Source of the DNA: Podarcis vaucheri
Taxonomy: Eukaryota
Assembly: GCA_965113315.1 (NCBI GenBank)
Contig: OZ220375.1
DNA: 64,000 nucleotides
Strand: one strand, 5' to 3'
This document shows, one piece after another, positions 1 to 13,062 of the stretch (positions are counted from its first letter, which is position 1; every line of letters begins with the position of its first letter). Position numbers and translations under genes: made by a program. Under the pieces are notes generated by a model. It was not told where the DNA came from. It made no database searches and worked only from the letters and a program-made list of their open reading frames with translations.

Positions 1-2377
1 AAAGCTAAACAACTTTGAGGTAAACATCAATTCTAAGAAAGCTCAACAACTTTGGGGTAAAATTGTAAAGAAAGCTAAACAAATAAAGCTCAACAACTTT
101 GGTCGGCCCTCACACATGTTCACTTCATCAAACCTGGCCCTCTCTGAAAAAAGTTTGGGCACCCCGCTAGGTGCTGCTGGTCTCCAGCTTCCATCAGCCT
201 TGGCCAGCACAGACCACAATCGAGGATGAGGGTGGTTATCATGCGGCAACGGCATACAGAAGGCTACAGCTTCCTCACCCTTGGAAAGGCAGTCCGATAC
301 AACTCTTGCCATCACCGGGAAGACTGCAACCAGGTGGCCTGTTCGCCAGCTCAGTCTGCTGCCCAGGTACAAGTTGGTACAGCTCCTGCTCTCACTTAAG
401 AGTTCTTTGCCCTTTGAAATAGAGGACTTCTTCAAACAGATTTGCAAAGTAGGATACTCTGCCACTTCAGAGTTCTTCACCACTGGAGAGGAATGAAAAG
501 CCTGTGGGGTGGAGGTTGTCTAGAAAGAGGGGACAGGATGAGGATTGTGTTCACCTTGGAAAAGGTGAGGTGGTTCATGAAGTTATAGAGGACCAGAGCT
601 GACACTGTTCACCCCGGCTAATAGGATCTGGCTGTAAGGACGCTGAGCAGATTGATCCCATTAGTAAGGAGAAGAGATCAAGAAGCCCTTCACAGCCTCG
701 CCAGAAGGCAGCAGAAGAGCTCAGGGGCACTTTAAAGGACAAACACATTAACTTATGACCTGGATTTTCATAAACATCCTGAAAGGTGCAAAGCAATCTG
801 CAAAAGTGGTGACTGGGATGAGATTTGAATCAAGGGCTTCCTCGGGATCAGCTACACTAGTTGGGAGTTGCAGGCCACAACATCTGGAAGACTAAATGAT
901 TGTGTTATAAACTTATGAATCCACTTTATTTTCAGGCAGTCTGTACTGGTCTAGCAATGCACAGCAAGCTCTTATATTGTCCACCATGACTGACAGCAGC
1001 TTTCCAATTTTTGGGAGGTGGGGGGCAGCATTCCCAGCCGTACCTAGAGATCCTGGGCATTGGACCCAGGATCTTCTGCCTGCAAAGCGAATGCTCTATC
1101 ACTAAACTACAGCCCTCCCCACAGTTGAAAGTGCAGAGTCTTTTGACATTCTGCTACCACAATTCGTTTTTGGAGATGCTACTTGCGCCACTAAGCTTCC
1201 TTCTTGGTCTTTCACACACTACTCGTTGGAAGTGAGTTGTGTGTTGTTGTTTTTTGAAGCAGACACGTGAAGTGCATTTAAGACACACTGCCATTTGTGT
1301 GCATGCAATCACCCCTTACCAAGTAGAAGGAAAGGCTTTCTTTGAGGCAGAAACTTTCAGTTCTGGCCACCAGGTGTCAGCAGAGGGCCAGCTGCAAACC
1401 ATGCATTTGCAATGAGGGTAATAAAAGATGTGTAATCACCACATTTCCTATGAGGGAAGGGGAAAGTGTCAGTTGGGGTCGAAGGGACAAGATGCTCAGA
1501 GGCAATGAGGCTGAAAGAAGGATGAGGAGTAGGCAATAGACTGAGAAACAGATACCAGAAGGTAGCGCAAGTAAAAAACAAGACAGGACAACGAGGCAGG
1601 GAACTGGGATGACATGGTCTGATCAAAGGATGATGGAAGCATCAATTAAGAAACCTCAACATACACTTTCAGCTCTTCTTATAGTCTTACGTTCAGAGCA
1701 ATCAGGGATATGCGTTTAAGTAAATGGGATTGAGAGGTAAAAAGACAGGTCCTAGGACAGACCCCTGAGGGAGCACGTAGGCTGAAAAGGAAGAAGATTG
1801 GTCTGACACAAATCCATAAAGAAACTTATCACATCTTGGGTTGCAAAATCACCCCTAATTTCATCTGCAAATCACATTTTCTCTCGGGGTGTGTGCATGC
1901 TATACCACTAAAGCACGTTCAAAATGCATCCCCCCTCCAGCCTTAAGGAATTATGGGCCCTGTTAGGGGTTTTCTGAGAATGGTAACCGGGGGGGGGGGG
2001 GTAAAACTACAATGCCCAGAATTTGTGAGGGAAAGAATGTGCTTCAAATGTGCCTTGAAGGTATAGTCAGTGGTTTAGTGGTCTGGGGTTGTGGGTAGGT
2101 CGAAGATGCCTTGCTCTTTCCACAGAAAGGTCCTTATCTTCCACATCCTAGAACTGCCCAATCAGTGCAAAAGGGAAGCTTTTTACCCACTGCGGCCTCT
2201 AAAGCAAAGCATTTAGCAAAACTGAAAACACACAGTGTTTCTGTTTTAAAAAAACACACCCAAAAAACGGGGGCAAGTTCTGTTAAGTACAATGGAACTT
2301 CATGGTAAACACCAATTGAGATTGCGACTAAACATCAGGAGAAACTGTCTGATTGTAAGAGTTGTTTGACTCTTTCA

Positions 2378-2531
2378 GGAGGTGGTGGACTCTCCTTCCT
2401 TGGAGGTTTTTAAGCAGAGACCAAATGTCCATGGATGATTTAGCTGTGATTCCTGCATTCCTGTATTGCAGGGGGTTGGACTAGATGACCCTCGGGGTCC
2501 CTTCCAACTCTACATTTCTATGATTCTATGA
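2378..2531 (+). mobile_element. CR1 LINE 3' end fragment
   Basis: GGACTAGATGACCCTC..GGTCCCTTCCAACTCTAC..TTCTATGATTCTATG tail. Confidence 0.75.
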
Positions 2532-3318
2532 ACCACGAAAGAGGCAGTCCAGATCATTTGCCCGTCTATGTGCATGGAAAATAGATCTAGCTGAAAGGTA
2601 CACACGGATACCTGCACAGATAGCTGCAATACATCCTGATTATTATTACTGTATTATAAGATTACCATATTATCTTATAGGATTGTATAATTTGAGAAGG
2701 GACGTGGCAGTGAGGGGCCGTGGCTGTGACTTTCGCGAAGGTACCCTGAGCTTCTGAATTTGCCAATAGACCCCTGTGTCTACACAAAGCCTCGAGGGCA
2801 AGAAAGAAGGGGTTAATCGGGAGAGGTGGAAGGAGAATGGGAAGAGGCTCCACTCCCTCCCTGTTTTTGTTTTTCTTTCTCTCCTCTTTTTTCCAGCCCC
2901 CTCTGTGGCCAGGGTCCCATCCCATCCGCAGCAGGAAGCAGGTGATAACAAGTATTCTTGGCCCCAGGCCACCAGCCTCTCCCCCACCACACTAGAGTGG
3001 ACGCCACTGCAAGCCCCTGGGCACATCCCATCTGAGCAGAGCCCAAAGCATAAGGAGAGAGAGAAAGAAAAGGACTTATTTCTTACTAGAGAAACAAAGC
3101 TGCTCCCTTTGCCGCTTGAGATTCAGAGCCACCCAACCTCTTGGTCTGCATGCTCTCCAACTCATCCTTTCACCTGTCAAAACAAGCTACAAGATCCAAG
3201 GTTTATATCCAAGAGACTATGTCAACTTTGCAACCATTTGCAACACATCCCGTTAATGGGTAGAAACAATCCACTTAACAGTGATAGGTGCCATATGACG
3301 TCATCCTGCAACTATAAA

Positions 3319-3700
3319 GGGACGCGGGTGGTGCTGTGGTCTAAACCACTGAGCCTCTTGCGCTTGCCGATCGGAAGGTTCGCGGTTCAAATCCCCACGA
3401 CAGTGGTGAGCTCCCGTTGCTCTGTCCCAGCCACTGCCAACCTAGCAGTTCAAAAGCATGCCAGTGCAAGTAGATAAATAGGTACTGCTGTGACGGGAAG
3501 GTAAACGGCGTTTCTGTGCGCTCTGGTTTCCGTCACAGTGTTCCAATTGCGCCAGAAGCGGTTTAGTCATGCTGGCCACACAACCCTGAAAGCTGTCTGT
3601 GGACAAACGCCAGCTCCCTTGGTCTGAAAGTGAGATGAGCGCTGTACCCCACAGTCACCTTTGACTGGATTTAACCGTCCAGGGGTCCTTTACTTTTACC
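3319..3700 (+). mobile_element. Sauria-type SINE, near full length
   Basis: GGGACGCGGGTGG..CTGTGGTCTAAACCACTGAG head and ...GGGGTCCTTTAC tail; several related copies in the window. Confidence 0.8.
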
Positions 3701-5001
3701 TAGCTATCCTGCAACAGACAGTTCTTTCCCCTCATCAGTCAGCTAGGGCTTAATATTTTCAAGGGCTCAGACATCCCAAGAGCAGGCCGTAAGACACTGC
3801 GGCCTCTGAGCAAGTGCAACATGGCTCCCCAAGAGACTTTCTCCTCAGGTGCCGTCGCTGCCTCCATTTTGACACCTGATGAAAACATTTCTGTTTCAGT
3901 TGAGCCCATCCGGGCACGCCATTTGATTACATCTGGTCTTAAATTTGCTTTGAGCATTTTAACGTTTTCAGCTGTGTGGTTTTTTCAGTTTTAAAATGTT
4001 TTAAATCCTTTTTTGTTTTATTTTTAACTGCAGTTTTGGTCATATAAGTGTTTGCCGCCCTGGGGTTGTTTGGGAGGGAGGGATATCTGTTTTATTAATG
4101 CCTTTCCAAGAAGCATTCTGATAAGGTTAAGCCCCTCTACACGATCCTCATCAAGGAACTGATGGATCTTTATCATTCTGGTTTCTGTCCGATTCTTTAT
4201 TTTCCCAGTTTTGTGTCCACTTCTCTACCTTTCCACATAGGTTTGCATGTTTTAAAGTCCTCATGAAGATTCAAACTTCTCCTAATGTGCACAATATACA
4301 CATTATTGCAAAGTAATCCCCACTAATACAGTGTTGTTGTGTGTGGTATTTTCACAGTTATATGCATTTTTAAGCACACTTTACCCTAGTATATGCAGTT
4401 TTGCACACCTTACTTGGCTAGAGAACTGCACGGCAAAATCCACAGTAATGGTTTTGTTCACAAGATTCAGGTCTAAATATGAACTGAATTGAAATTTTCC
4501 TCTCTTCCTTCACTCATCCACATCATTTTGTGGGTTGTTGTTTTTTTGTTTTTTTAAAAAGAGGCAGTGGATTCCTCGCCCAAAGGACAGCAGCAAACTA
4601 AGCTCTAAGACAAGCTTGATGCCTTCATACACCTGAGAGTTTAAAGGCTTCAGAGAGGGTTCCTGGGGTGCTCAGAGATCCCGAGTTCCTGGAGACTGCA
4701 CAGGCTGAGACTTGGGTCTCAGACAGAGGAAACTATATTGAATCTCCAGTGGTGGAGTTACTGTTATAACGGGGGAATTCTCTACTTCAAAAACAATTGG
4801 ACAGGGAAATATGGTCCCAAGGGAGGAGGAGGAGGAGGAGGAGGAACATTTGCCATGGGAAATGTTAAAAATAGTCTGGATAAAAATCTTTCCGGGCAGG
4901 GAGAGGGTTTTGATGCAACACACCCAAGGGTTTTGGCTCCAGGGACATCTCTCTGTCTGGTGGGAGCCATACTTACTTCTGGTAACGTTAACACTTTATG
5001 T

Positions 5002-5090
5002 CATAGCTGTCAACTTTTCCCTTTTCTTGCGAGGAATCCTATTCGGAATAAGGGAATTTCCCTTAAAAAAGGGAAACGTTGACAGCTATG
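5002..5090. mobile_element. 89-bp hAT-type MITE
   Basis: TIRs CATAGCTGTCAAC and GTTGACAGCTATG; perfect 8-bp TSD CTTTATGT. Confidence 0.85.
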
Positions 5091-5110
5091 CTTTATGTGA
5101 AAGCCTGCTA

Positions 5111-5361
5111 GGTAAAGGTAAAAGTAAAGGGACCCCTGACCATTAGGTCCAGTCGTGACCGACTCAGGGGTTGCAGCGCTCATCTCGCTTTATTGGCCGA
5201 GGGAGCCGGCGTACAGCTTCCGGGTTATGTGGCCAGCATGACTAAGCTGCTTCTGGCGAACCAGAGCAGCGCACGGAAACGCCGTTTACCTTTCTGCTGG
5301 AGTGGTACCTATTTATCTACTTGCAGTTTGATGTGCTTTCGAACTTCTAGGTTGGCAGGAG
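5111..5361 (-). mobile_element. Sauria-type SINE, 5'-truncated
   Basis: GGTAAAGG..GGACCCCT tail in reverse; core shared with 3319-3700. Confidence 0.75.
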
Positions 5362-6277
5362 GAAAGCCTGCTAGCAGGATATAAATATCCATTTGACACT
5401 ATACTTTGCAGGGCAGCAGGGCAGAACCTTTTCAGCCGAGGGTCGTGTTCTCTTCTGGGCAGCTTTCTTGGTGACACATGTCAATGGTGGGTGGGGCCAG
5501 CGGCTAGGGTGGGTGGAGCAATGAATGTAAATTTTACCTTTGTACAGTAGTATAGCTTCTGTACACCATGCCTCTATTCCCTGCCCAGGCAAGCAAGAGG
5601 CATTAACAGAAATCAAGGGCACATTCCAGCCAGGCAAAAAAACACACCCAAGGAGGGTGTGAATCAGGGCCAATGAGGGATGTGGCTGGGGAGGAGGTGT
5701 GGCTTGGGAAGAAACTCAAGAGCCAGGTGGAGAGACTTGGAGGGCCTGAGGTTCCCCACCCCCAATTTTAGACCACACTTTTCTATCTTTCTGATGTCTG
5801 GTTCTGTTGGGATAGCTCATTCTGCCTGGCCAAATGGGATGGAAAGTTATTTAATGCTAAAGACACTGGCAATCTCCTGGAAGACGGAAGACAGAAGCAC
5901 AACTTATGGAGGTACGGTTCTTAAGTCGCATGACTATCCCACCTTTTGCTCTGGCACAGCAAAGGACCCACCACCTGACGACTGCCTCTTTCCTGGAAGG
6001 CATAACATCCCTACCCTGTGTGAGCGACCGTAAAAATGCCAGCTATCCCACCTCTTGCTTCAACAGAATGCCCTGGGGACAGTCTCCTGAATGGATCAAT
6101 TCTTCCTAGAAAGAGGTTTACAGACCCTCCTGGCCTCAAGAGCTGCATCCCAGCCAAATCAATGTACCTGGCGTTTATCTAATTGTTTTCAACTAACTAA
6201 AACCAAGTTCTTTTCCTTCTTTCAGAACACACAGTGGCTCAATGGTACACCATCTTAACAAGAAAAAGGAATCCCCT

Positions 6278-6283
6278 TTTATT
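6278..6283 (-). terminator. Candidate poly(A) signal AATAAA for GJD3
   Basis: Plus-strand tttatt about 730 nt downstream of the GJD3 stop codon. Confidence 0.45.
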
Positions 6284-6522
6284 GCAATTTCCCTGCCGCC
6301 AACAATCGCAGCATCTCCAATTGCATCTGACATCACACTTCTGTATAGCCAGGTTTGCTGCCAAATCTTTAGCCCATTCAAGCAGGAGTTGCTCATCTGG
6401 ACAAGCGTTTTGTGCATTGTTGGAAAAGTCATTGTCTCCCCACTTCCACTCCTTCCGATGCATGTTGCTTCCTGACTCATTTCTTAGGGGTTTCAAGCCT
6501 ATGCATTCTTTGGAACACACTA

Positions 6523-6767
6523 CAGTCATACCTCAGGTAACAGACGGTTCAGGATGTGTTTTTTCGGGTTATGGACGCGCTGAAACCTGGAAGTACTGGA
6601 ATGGGTTACTTCTGGGTTTCGGCAGTCGCACATGCGCAGAAGCACTAGATCGTTCTTTATGCATGCGCAGAAGCGCCAAATCACAACCCACGTGTGCGCA
6701 GATGAGGCGCTGTGGGTTGCGAACGTGCCTCCCGCACAGATCACATTCGCAACCCGAGCGTCCACTG
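6523..6767. mobile_element. Tc1/pogo (Tigger)-like MITE in probable GJD3 3'UTR
   Basis: CAGT..TACCTC and GAG.GTCCACTG termini, TA flanks. Confidence 0.7.
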
Positions 6768-7010
6768 TATAAATGAAAGATGCCAGCCCACCCCACCCCA
6801 ATTCCCCCAAACATACATGAAAGCAAAGCATGAATACCCAAGGATTGCAGCAGGTCTCCTTTACAAGCTAGACCAGATGATCCAATATCAGTGCTATTAA
6901 TTTGGGTCAGGCTGCAAACACAGTTCACGGGTGCGATTATTCCAGCCGGAGGAGTCCAGCTCATCCAGGGAACAACCAGCGAGGCAGAGAAGAGAGGGAG
7001 CTCCCTGGCC

Positions 7011-7928
7011 TCACACGGTCAAGTCAGCTCTGGCAGAAGAAGAGCGAGAGGAACGGCTGCTCTTCGTGGAACTCTTATGGTGGAAGTGAGCCTTGGGCTC
7101 ATAGTGACTGGGAATCCCGCCATGAGAAGGCATCCCATTGGCGCCTCCCTCTGCCGGGGCCAGGAAGTGCTGCGATTTCTTCTCTTGCTTCTGATTGGAC
7201 CAGTTGTCCTGCTGTTCGTAAGAGGCAGTGGTGGGCGGGGCAATCATGCGGCGCCTCCTGCAGCGGTTCTTGAACAGGAGGTGGGCCAGCTCCACCAGGC
7301 TGAGCAAGGCTGAAACCAGCCCCACCATGAAGTAGAACTGGATGAAGATGGTCTTCTCGGTTGGCCGAGAGACAAAGCAGTCAATGAGGTGAGGGCACAG
7401 GTGATGCTTGCAGATGTACTGATACCCCACCTGGAAGCCGTACAACATCCACTGTCCGACCAGGAAGCCCATCTCGGCCAAGATCCTCACCACCACGTTG
7501 ACAATGTAGAAGGTCTTGATGTTTTGGCTGCGCTGGCTGGGCTGAGGCCCAAATTTTGCAGGGGCCTTTCCCCCCACCCGGCTGGCTTCCTCCTCTCCCG
7601 TTTCCATCTCCTTCTGGTTGATCTTCGTGGTCTGGTGCATGGAGTAGATGACAAAGAGGACCGCCGGGGCAGAGAGCACCACAATGTGGAAGACCCAGAA
7701 GCGGTAGTGGGAGATGGGGAAGGCCAAGTCGTAGCAGATCTGCTTGCAGCCAACCTGCCGCGTGTTGCACTCAAACTCCTCCTGCTCGTCGTCGAAGACG
7801 TCGCTGCCCACCGTGGCCAGGATCAGGATGCGGAAGATGAGCATCACCACCAGCCAGAAGCGGCCCACCATGGGAGAGTGCTCCTGCACTGCGTCCAGAA
7901 GGGAGCTCAAGAACCCCCACTCACCCAT
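7011..7928 (-). CDS. GJD3: Gap junction delta-3 connexin (Cx31.9/Cx30.2 ortholog), single coding exon, 305 aa
   Basis: Starts MGEWGFLSSLLDAVQEHSPMVGRFWLVVMLIFRIL. Extracellular Cys patterns are C-x6-C-x3-C (CNTRQVGCKQIC) and C-x4-C-x5-C (CKHHLCPHLIDC), followed by SRPTEK. Kozak GCAGCCATGG at 7928 directly follows a polypyrimidine/CAG acceptor. Same position and orientation next to TOP2A as human GJD3. Confidence 0.93.
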   Translation of the reverse strand: MGEWGFLSSLLDAVQEHSPMVGRFWLVVMLIFRILILATVGSDVFDDEQEEFECNTRQVGCKQICYDLAFPISHYRFWVFHIVVLSAPAVLFVIYSMHQTTKINQKEMETGEEEASRVGGKAPAKFGPQPSQRSQNIKTFYIVNVVVRILAEMGFLVGQWMLYGFQVGYQYICKHHLCPHLIDCFVSRPTEKTIFIQFYFMVGLVSALLSLVELAHLLFKNRCRRRRMIAPPTTASYEQQDNWSNQKQEKKSQHFLAPAEGGANGMPSHGGIPSHYEPKAHFHHKSSTKSSRSSRSSSARADLTV

Positions 7929-10179
7929 GGCTGCTGCAGCAGGGAGGAGAGGAAGGGAAATAAATTGAGAGGTCAGCTTCACGGGAGATCCTTCCCGGGA
8001 CTGGCGATCTTGCTAAGGGTTGACACATGCAGCTACTCCATGAGTCTGGGGAGGTGATGAAAGCATTCACTTTTAAAGGCCAGCCACTAAGTGGGGGAAG
8101 ATTGGGAAGCCTGGCTGACAAAGGGCAGCTGCTGGAACAAGGTAGGGAAAGAACAAGGTTGGGGAAGAACCTGGAAGGTTGGTGGTAGAACATCTGCTTT
8201 GCATGCAAAAGGTTGCAGGTTCATCCCCCAACATCTCTGTATAATATAAGGCTGTCCCCTCTGTCTGAAACCTGTTTGCAGTCAACGTCAACAGTACTAA
8301 GCTAGACAGGCCAATGATTGGAAGCTTTGATCATCTAGTAAAACCCTCTGCAATGCAGAAATAACAACTAAAGAATCCCTGAGAGATAACCACCCAACCT
8401 CTCTTTAAAAAAACTCCAAATCATCGGTCCATCTGGCTCAGGACTGTTGACGCTGACTGCAAACAGGTCCATAGGGTTTCAGATAGGGGATCAAACCTGC
8501 AACCTTGGTGTTATCAGTACCACACTGCAACTGACTGAGCTATCCAGAGCATCTACTTGGCATGCAGAAAGCCCCGAGCACAATCCCGAACATATCCAGA
8601 CCGGACCACTGTCTGAAATCCTGGAGAGCTGCTGCCAGTCTGTGCAGACCAAAGCTGTGGTCCTCTGGGTGTTGGTGGACTACAACTTCCATCATCCCTG
8701 ACTGCTGGCAATGATCTCTGGGACCGATGGGAGTTCGAGTCCAACAATTACCATGGTGGATGGAGCAGTGGTTTGACTCAGCACAAGGCTGTCCCCATGG
8801 TGACTTCTATTCCTATGGCGCACTGAGCCTCAATCAGCAAGCGCAGAGCATCTATACTGGAGAGGTCTCCCTGCCCCCATGTATCAAAGCAAGGCTATTT
8901 TAATTCTGTGAAAGGGGTATGACCTTGGCAACACCGAGAGAGCTTGGGGGTTTGCTGGTGGATGTTTTATATCTGTTGCCAAGTTATCTGGAGAGGGGAG
9001 AAGATAAAACCAGACAGCTCAAACTGGTCCAGGCCAGCTGGAGTGTGCAGACTTCTAGGGCGACAGATTGGTATACCAGCCAGGGAAGGTCCTTTCCGCT
9101 GGGGATTGGGAAGAAAGACACAGCCCTTAAAGAAAATGAATATACTGTCTTGCAATATTTGTCAAATGCCTAATAACTTAAGGACCCTTAACTTCAGAAC
9201 TAAACTCTTGCACCTGGGATGACTTGCTTTTAGAACCATGTAAAAATTGCACAATCTTGGAAGATTGTGTTCTGCGTGAGTATGCCACCTGTTTGGAATG
9301 AGCCATACAGGGAACAGTAACTCATTCAGAGATAAAACAGGCAGCCTCCTCTGAAAGTGGGTGACTCTGCTATGTCTCTGCATAGCACATGATCTGTTGT
9401 AGGGAAGCAGGGAAATTATCCACTGCCACCTAACAAACAAAACACCAGAGATGCAACAGTGATCTTGGCACACCGTTTGAGAACTGCTGATACAGGACTA
9501 AGTACAGTACAGCATCTGTTTTATTAATTAATCTGTTTTGGAAATAGGGGAAATGCCATAGTTGCATGGATGGGGGAAGTGTGTATGTGAGCGAGTGTGT
9601 GTGTGTGTGTAGGGGAAGAGAAAGTTGCCACTTTCTGGTTGCACTGCTGGTTTTTTAATAGCTATTTGACACGCAGAAACTCAACAGATCTATGCTCTTC
9701 CCCAGCACTGAGATGCAACGATCAAGAAAGCTCCATGTGTTGAATTGTCAGCTGTTGTCTTGTTTTTAAAGGGAGAGGGAAGGTGAACATTCTCTTGCAA
9801 ATTTCTTTCCCCTTCCTTGATAGAAATAAGAAATGCATTCTAGATTCCTACCACCTTCGTTCTCTTGATCCCCCCCAAACACCCCATAATACTTTACAGA
9901 ACCAAGGCTGCAACTTTACTAATTTAAAATCAGTACTAGTCAATTAAAAATCCTTGTTGCAGATTAAAACCCACCACTGACACTAATACTTAGTGGCACA
10001 GGCTGCACAAACTGTTCCCCTTCCCGGTGCCAATTTTACATCATTCTCCCCCACTACTACAACAACAAACAACCCAATACTTTATAAAGATGGCTCCAAT
10101 ACCTATATTCAAATCCCTATTTAGCCACGAAACTCACTGAGGGACCTTGGACCAAGTAACTATGTCTGAGTCTAGCCTA

Positions 10180-10571
10180 TAGAACTCTAGAGTTGCAAGG
10201 GAGGGGGGTGGCATCTCATCCAACCCCTCCAATGCAAGAATTTTTTGCCCAAGCTGGGTCTTGAACCCACAACCCTGAGATTAAGATGCTCTAGCGCAGG
10301 GGTAGGCAACCTAAGGCCCAGGGGCCGGATGCAGTCCAATTGCCTTCTCAATCCGGCCCGTGGATGGTCTAGGAATCAGCTGTTTTTACATGAGTAGAAT
10401 GTGTCCTTTTATTTAAAATGCATCTCTGGGTTATTTGTGGGGCATAGGAATTCATGCATTTTTTAATTTTTATTTTCATAATATAGTCTGGCCCACCACA
10501 TGGTCTGAGGGACGGTGAACCAGCCCACAGCTGAAGAAGGTTGCTGACCCCTCCTCTAGCGACGGAGCTAT
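10180..10571 (-). mobile_element. tRNA-Lys-derived SINE with CR1-like tail, split by the hAT MITE
   Basis: GAACCCACAACCCTGAGATTAAG..ATGCTCTA/ACGGAGCTA is the reverse complement of a degenerate tRNA-Lys(CUU). Confidence 0.6.
10297..10553. mobile_element. hAT-type MITE
   Basis: CAGGGGTAGGCAAC...GTTGCTGACCCCT termini; 8-bp TSD CTCTAGCG. Confidence 0.82.
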
Positions 10572-10833
10572 CATTGGGATCCTTGTTGCAAAGATAAACT
10601 AGGTCATAAACCGGGAAGGGGAAGAACCATGGAGGTGGGATAGTAAAATCAGGCAGGCAGGCAGGTATCAACTAGAGTTTCCCTTCTTGCAATCAAAATC
10701 ACTGACCACAAAAAGAGGATGGCAGTCAGCCAAAATCAGTGCACACACATATATATATATATATTAAACCTTGATCTTAAGCATCTCACCCTACTAAAAC
10801 TTTAAAGGCCTGTTGCTCTTTGTTACTCTCATA

Positions 10834-10969
10834 CAGGCATAGGCAAACTCGGCCCTCCAGATGTTTTGAGACTACAATTCCCATCATCCCTGACCACTGG
10901 TCCTGTTAGCTAGGGATGATGGGAGTTGTGGTCCCCAAACATCTGGAGGGCCGAGTTTGCCTATGTCTG
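10834..10969. mobile_element. Palindromic hAT-type MITE (136 bp hairpin)
   Basis: Near-perfect inverted arms; TSD CTCTCATA/CTCTAATA. Confidence 0.82.
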
Positions 10970-13008
10970 CTCTAATAGGAGATGTTTCACATCCAAGATT
11001 CTTAAACGGATGATTAAAGGCACACACCATTCCTTCTTTTGTTCATTAAATTGCATATTATTGCATACTATGAAGGATGCCCTTCTGTGGGGCTAGAAAA
11101 GGGCAGTTAATCTGACTTTAACTACTGATTCATTAAGGCTGCAATCACACCTGTACATGGAAGTACGTTTCATCAAATCCACACTATTATTTCACTAAGG
11201 ATACAAGTGTCAGTTTGCCCTGTAAGGCAAATGATTAGTCAGCTAGCAGTTGATTGCTTATGCAGAAGCAAGTCTCCTTTAGTTCTGCAGGACTCACTGT
11301 CAGCTGACTGTGTATAGGATGGCAGCTTTAAAATCTTAGGATAGCTGGCAGGCCTAGTGGATATATCATGACACAGCTAAGCTACATTTAGATCAAAGCA
11401 TGCATTACACATTCATGTAAAGTCACAAGCTGCCTTATCTTCTTAAGCAAAAACACTCTTATTAGAAATTCTGGAATAATTAAATATTTACTTTTTTATA
11501 TTAAAATAAAAAACAGAAAGGCAAAGAATGGAGGCCTCTCCTGGACTATTTGAAAAAAATACTTTAGTCAAATGAAATCGCGGGCAGGGTTCAAGATAAA
11601 AGCAGCGTTAGAAAAAAATATAAAATAACAGAAACTTTTGTGATAGGTAGAGATATAATGCAGTAGAAAAGATCTGAGTAAAAACGCCGTGGAGTTGGGA
11701 AGTCAACTTATGAAACAATGTAATAATTCCATAGGATTGTGAAAATGTTTGGAAAATGTAATAAAAAAATTATACAGCAAAAAACAACAACAGAAAAGCT
11801 ACCGGGTTTTGTTTTTGTTTATTAGAGGTTTCCATCAGAAACCTCATTTAAGTGTGTAAACTTATATGAAGGTGGTGATCATTATACACATTGATTCTTA
11901 CTCATTTGCACAGCACATATTTTGCAGTTATTTTCCTATTTAGCTAGCCCCCTTCCCCATGCAGCGCTCAGTCTCCTAGAAGCTAACCTCCCCACAGGGT
12001 TCCAGTCTCTCCAGCCCCAGCACCAGATGTTCCCTTCCTCTGGATAGTTCCCCGGTCCCTTATTTGTCTACCCTGCCAATGCCAGTGGCTGCAGAACAGG
12101 GCAAGGGAAGCTCCCCTGAGGCCATGGAATAAACAATTGCCTGAAATCCATTGTGTGGGCAGCAGAATGGGATTGGAAGCTAGCAAGCTGCCTTACAGCC
12201 AAGTCCACCTGATTCAGTTCTGCCCACACTGACCAGCAGCTGCTCTCCAAGGTTCCAGGCAGGACTCTCTCGCAGCCCTTCCTGGAAATGCAGGTGTTCC
12301 GTCCCTGAGCTATGGCCCTTCCCCCCAGGTCTCCTTTGCTAACCTTAGCTGTGCCTCTGATAATCTCCGTCAGGGAGGAAGATGCAGAAGGGGCCACAGG
12401 CCTAGTAACGCCTATGCGCCCAGGTGAGCGCATGGAGGGTCACAGTCCAGGTGGAGAGATGCTCCTTACCCCAAGGTAGTGCCCTGCCTACAGACTCTCC
12501 ATCGCAGCTCCCCTCTCTTCTTCCGAGCATAGGCATAATTTAACATGCATTTTCCCCTCCTCCTTTGTGTCTTCTCTTACTCTGTGCACCTGTAATTATG
12601 TACTTTTTCTTTTTCAATAAAGACTATTAAAATAAAAAAAACACCATGCAAATCCACCCCTGACTTTTAGGTAGGTGCATTTTCAACAGGTTGTCCCTCC
12701 TGCCAGCCGTCTGCCTCATATTTTGGGTCCCCACGCCTCCTGCAGGGCCCAGAGACATCACCTCCTCCTGCCTGCCACCTGTAATGGCGCCTACCTCTCC
12801 TCCTGCTCTTCTAAGGCAGCTTAGCTGGCATCCCCTTCGCTCTGCTCTCCTCCCTGGACTGGGCTGGCTTCAGCTCTGCCTAGGAGAGGGGCATAGGGAC
12901 AGAGGGAGGGAGAGGCAGGGCTTCCCCCTGTAGCTCAGCCGGGAAGCTTTTAAAGCGACAGGCCTGCCCTGCCTACTTCTGTGCCAGGATCCCCCTCCCA
13001 GGGCTCAG

Positions 13009-13009
<1 letters not shown>

Positions 13010-13061
<52 letters not shown>
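13010..13061. repeat. (GA)n microsatellite
   Basis: About 25 GA units. Confidence 0.95.

Positions 13062-13062
<1 letters not shown>

Noticed and set aside
1-496. 146-aa ORF and a short imperfect AAAGCT(A/C)AACAACTTT repeat at the window start
   Set aside because: No recognisable homology or splice context; it cannot be supported as a gene.
2776-3477. 233-aa plus-strand ORF
   Set aside because: Non-ATG start, low-complexity content, runs into a SINE, and has no recognisable domain.
7929-7982. 18-aa N-terminal extension of the connexin in the ORF track
   Set aside because: It starts at a non-ATG codon and is the intron's polypyrimidine tract. Connexins begin at MGEW, which has a strong Kozak context.
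7389-8057. 222-aa plus-strand ORF and other ORFs overlapping GJD3
   Set aside because: Antisense shadow of a GC3-rich coding exon; no recognisable protein.
10245-10296. tRNA-Lys gene
   Set aside because: Degenerate, interrupted by a MITE and joined to a CR1-like tail, so a SINE head rather than a functional tRNA.
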